Assembly (NCBI GenBank): GCA_047634655.1 | Contig: JBLIHY010000001.1 | Coordinates: 1-48,313, forward strand | Direction: 5' to 3' | DNA length: 48,313 nt | Source: Cellvibrionaceae bacterium | GTDB lineage: Bacteria > Pseudomonadota > Gammaproteobacteria > Pseudomonadales > Cellvibrionaceae | Shown here: positions 48,182 to 48,313 of the stretch, one piece after another | Layout: each line of letters starts with the position of its first letter | Position numbering within the stretch: the first letter of the stretch is position 1 | Position numbers and translations under genes: made by a program | The notes under the pieces: generated by a model | The model's database searches: none | Told to the model about the DNA's origin: nothing | What the model saw: the letters and a program-made list of their open reading frames with translations, nothing else

Positions 48182-48313
48182 TTGGGTTTTCAAAGTGCCG
48201 CCAGTCTTCTCGATAGTGAGAATCAACGTCCCGCTATTTTGGTGTTGGAAGATGGCAGTATTTTCAGAGGCAGCGCAATCGGTGCACAAGGCGCCACTGT
48301 TGGCGAAGTAGTT
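48182..48313 (+). CDS. carA: Carbamoyl-phosphate synthase small (glutamine amidotransferase) subunit, 5' part only (runs off window)
   Basis: The frame is open to the window end. PAILVLEDGSIFRGSAIGAQGATVGEVV matches the conserved CarA N-terminus (LVLEDGT.F.G.A.GA.G...GEVVF). The TTG start at 48182 is preceded by AGGAGA at 5-nt spacing. This ORF is not in the supplied track because it is short and partial. Confidence 0.75.
   Translation, partial: MGFQSAASLLDSENQRPAILVLEDGSIFRGSAIGAQGATVGEVV

Noticed and set aside
1-48313. Search for CRISPR arrays, tRNA/rRNA genes, IS or transposase or integrase genes, tandem repeat arrays, and defence or toxin-antitoxin modules
   Set aside because: I found no regularly spaced direct repeats. 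There were no tRNA-like T-arm or acceptor signatures; the GTTCGAAT-like strings at about 10300, 21279 and 43558 lack tRNA context. No ORF in the track has transposase, recombinase, reverse transcriptase or nuclease-NTPase hallmarks.

Overview
This window reads as a core chromosomal segment of a gammaproteobacterium, not an accessory island. The synteny blocks are Pseudomonas/Cellvibrionales-like: zapA-ssrS-ygfA, yhbY/rlmE-ftsH-folP-glmM, sahR-like-metK-ahcY-metF, and yrfG-hslR...pckA.

I can support about 45 intact protein genes, one 6S RNA and two pseudogenes. I found no tRNA, rRNA, CRISPR array, IS or transposase, integrase, or recognisable defence or toxin module.

Four things are worth a second look:
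1. A 10-gene Mrp-like cation/proton antiporter cluster (1232-9174). Its gene order, E-F-G-B'-B-C-D-D-x-D, matches the membrane arm of archaeal Mbh/Mbx complexes rather than canonical mrpABCDEFG. It has three antiporter-like large subunits, no adjacent redox module, and an unexplained 241-bp non-coding gap in an otherwise overlapping operon.
2. A decaying molybdoenzyme patch (35.6-40 kb). mobA is frameshifted and lies next to a heavily degraded FdhF/YdeP-family molybdopterin oxidoreductase pseudogene. ORF-free DNA of ordinary composition flanks the pair.
3. A perfect 16+16 bp inverted repeat embedded in a near-consensus promoter directly upstream of an ArsR-HTH/SAM-methyltransferase-fold regulator (SahR-like). 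This regulator heads the metK-ahcY-metF methyl-cycle cluster and may be translated from a leaderless mRNA.
4. Several unusually long ORF-free spacers (440-740 bp; the largest ones are strongly AT-rich). Together with the pseudogenes, they leave roughly a fifth of the window outside intact genes, a pattern compatible with ongoing gene decay.

I see no convincing evidence of a wholly new multi-gene system. The Mrp-like cluster is the best candidate for under-characterised biology. All functional calls rest on motif and synteny recognition by eye and need database confirmation.
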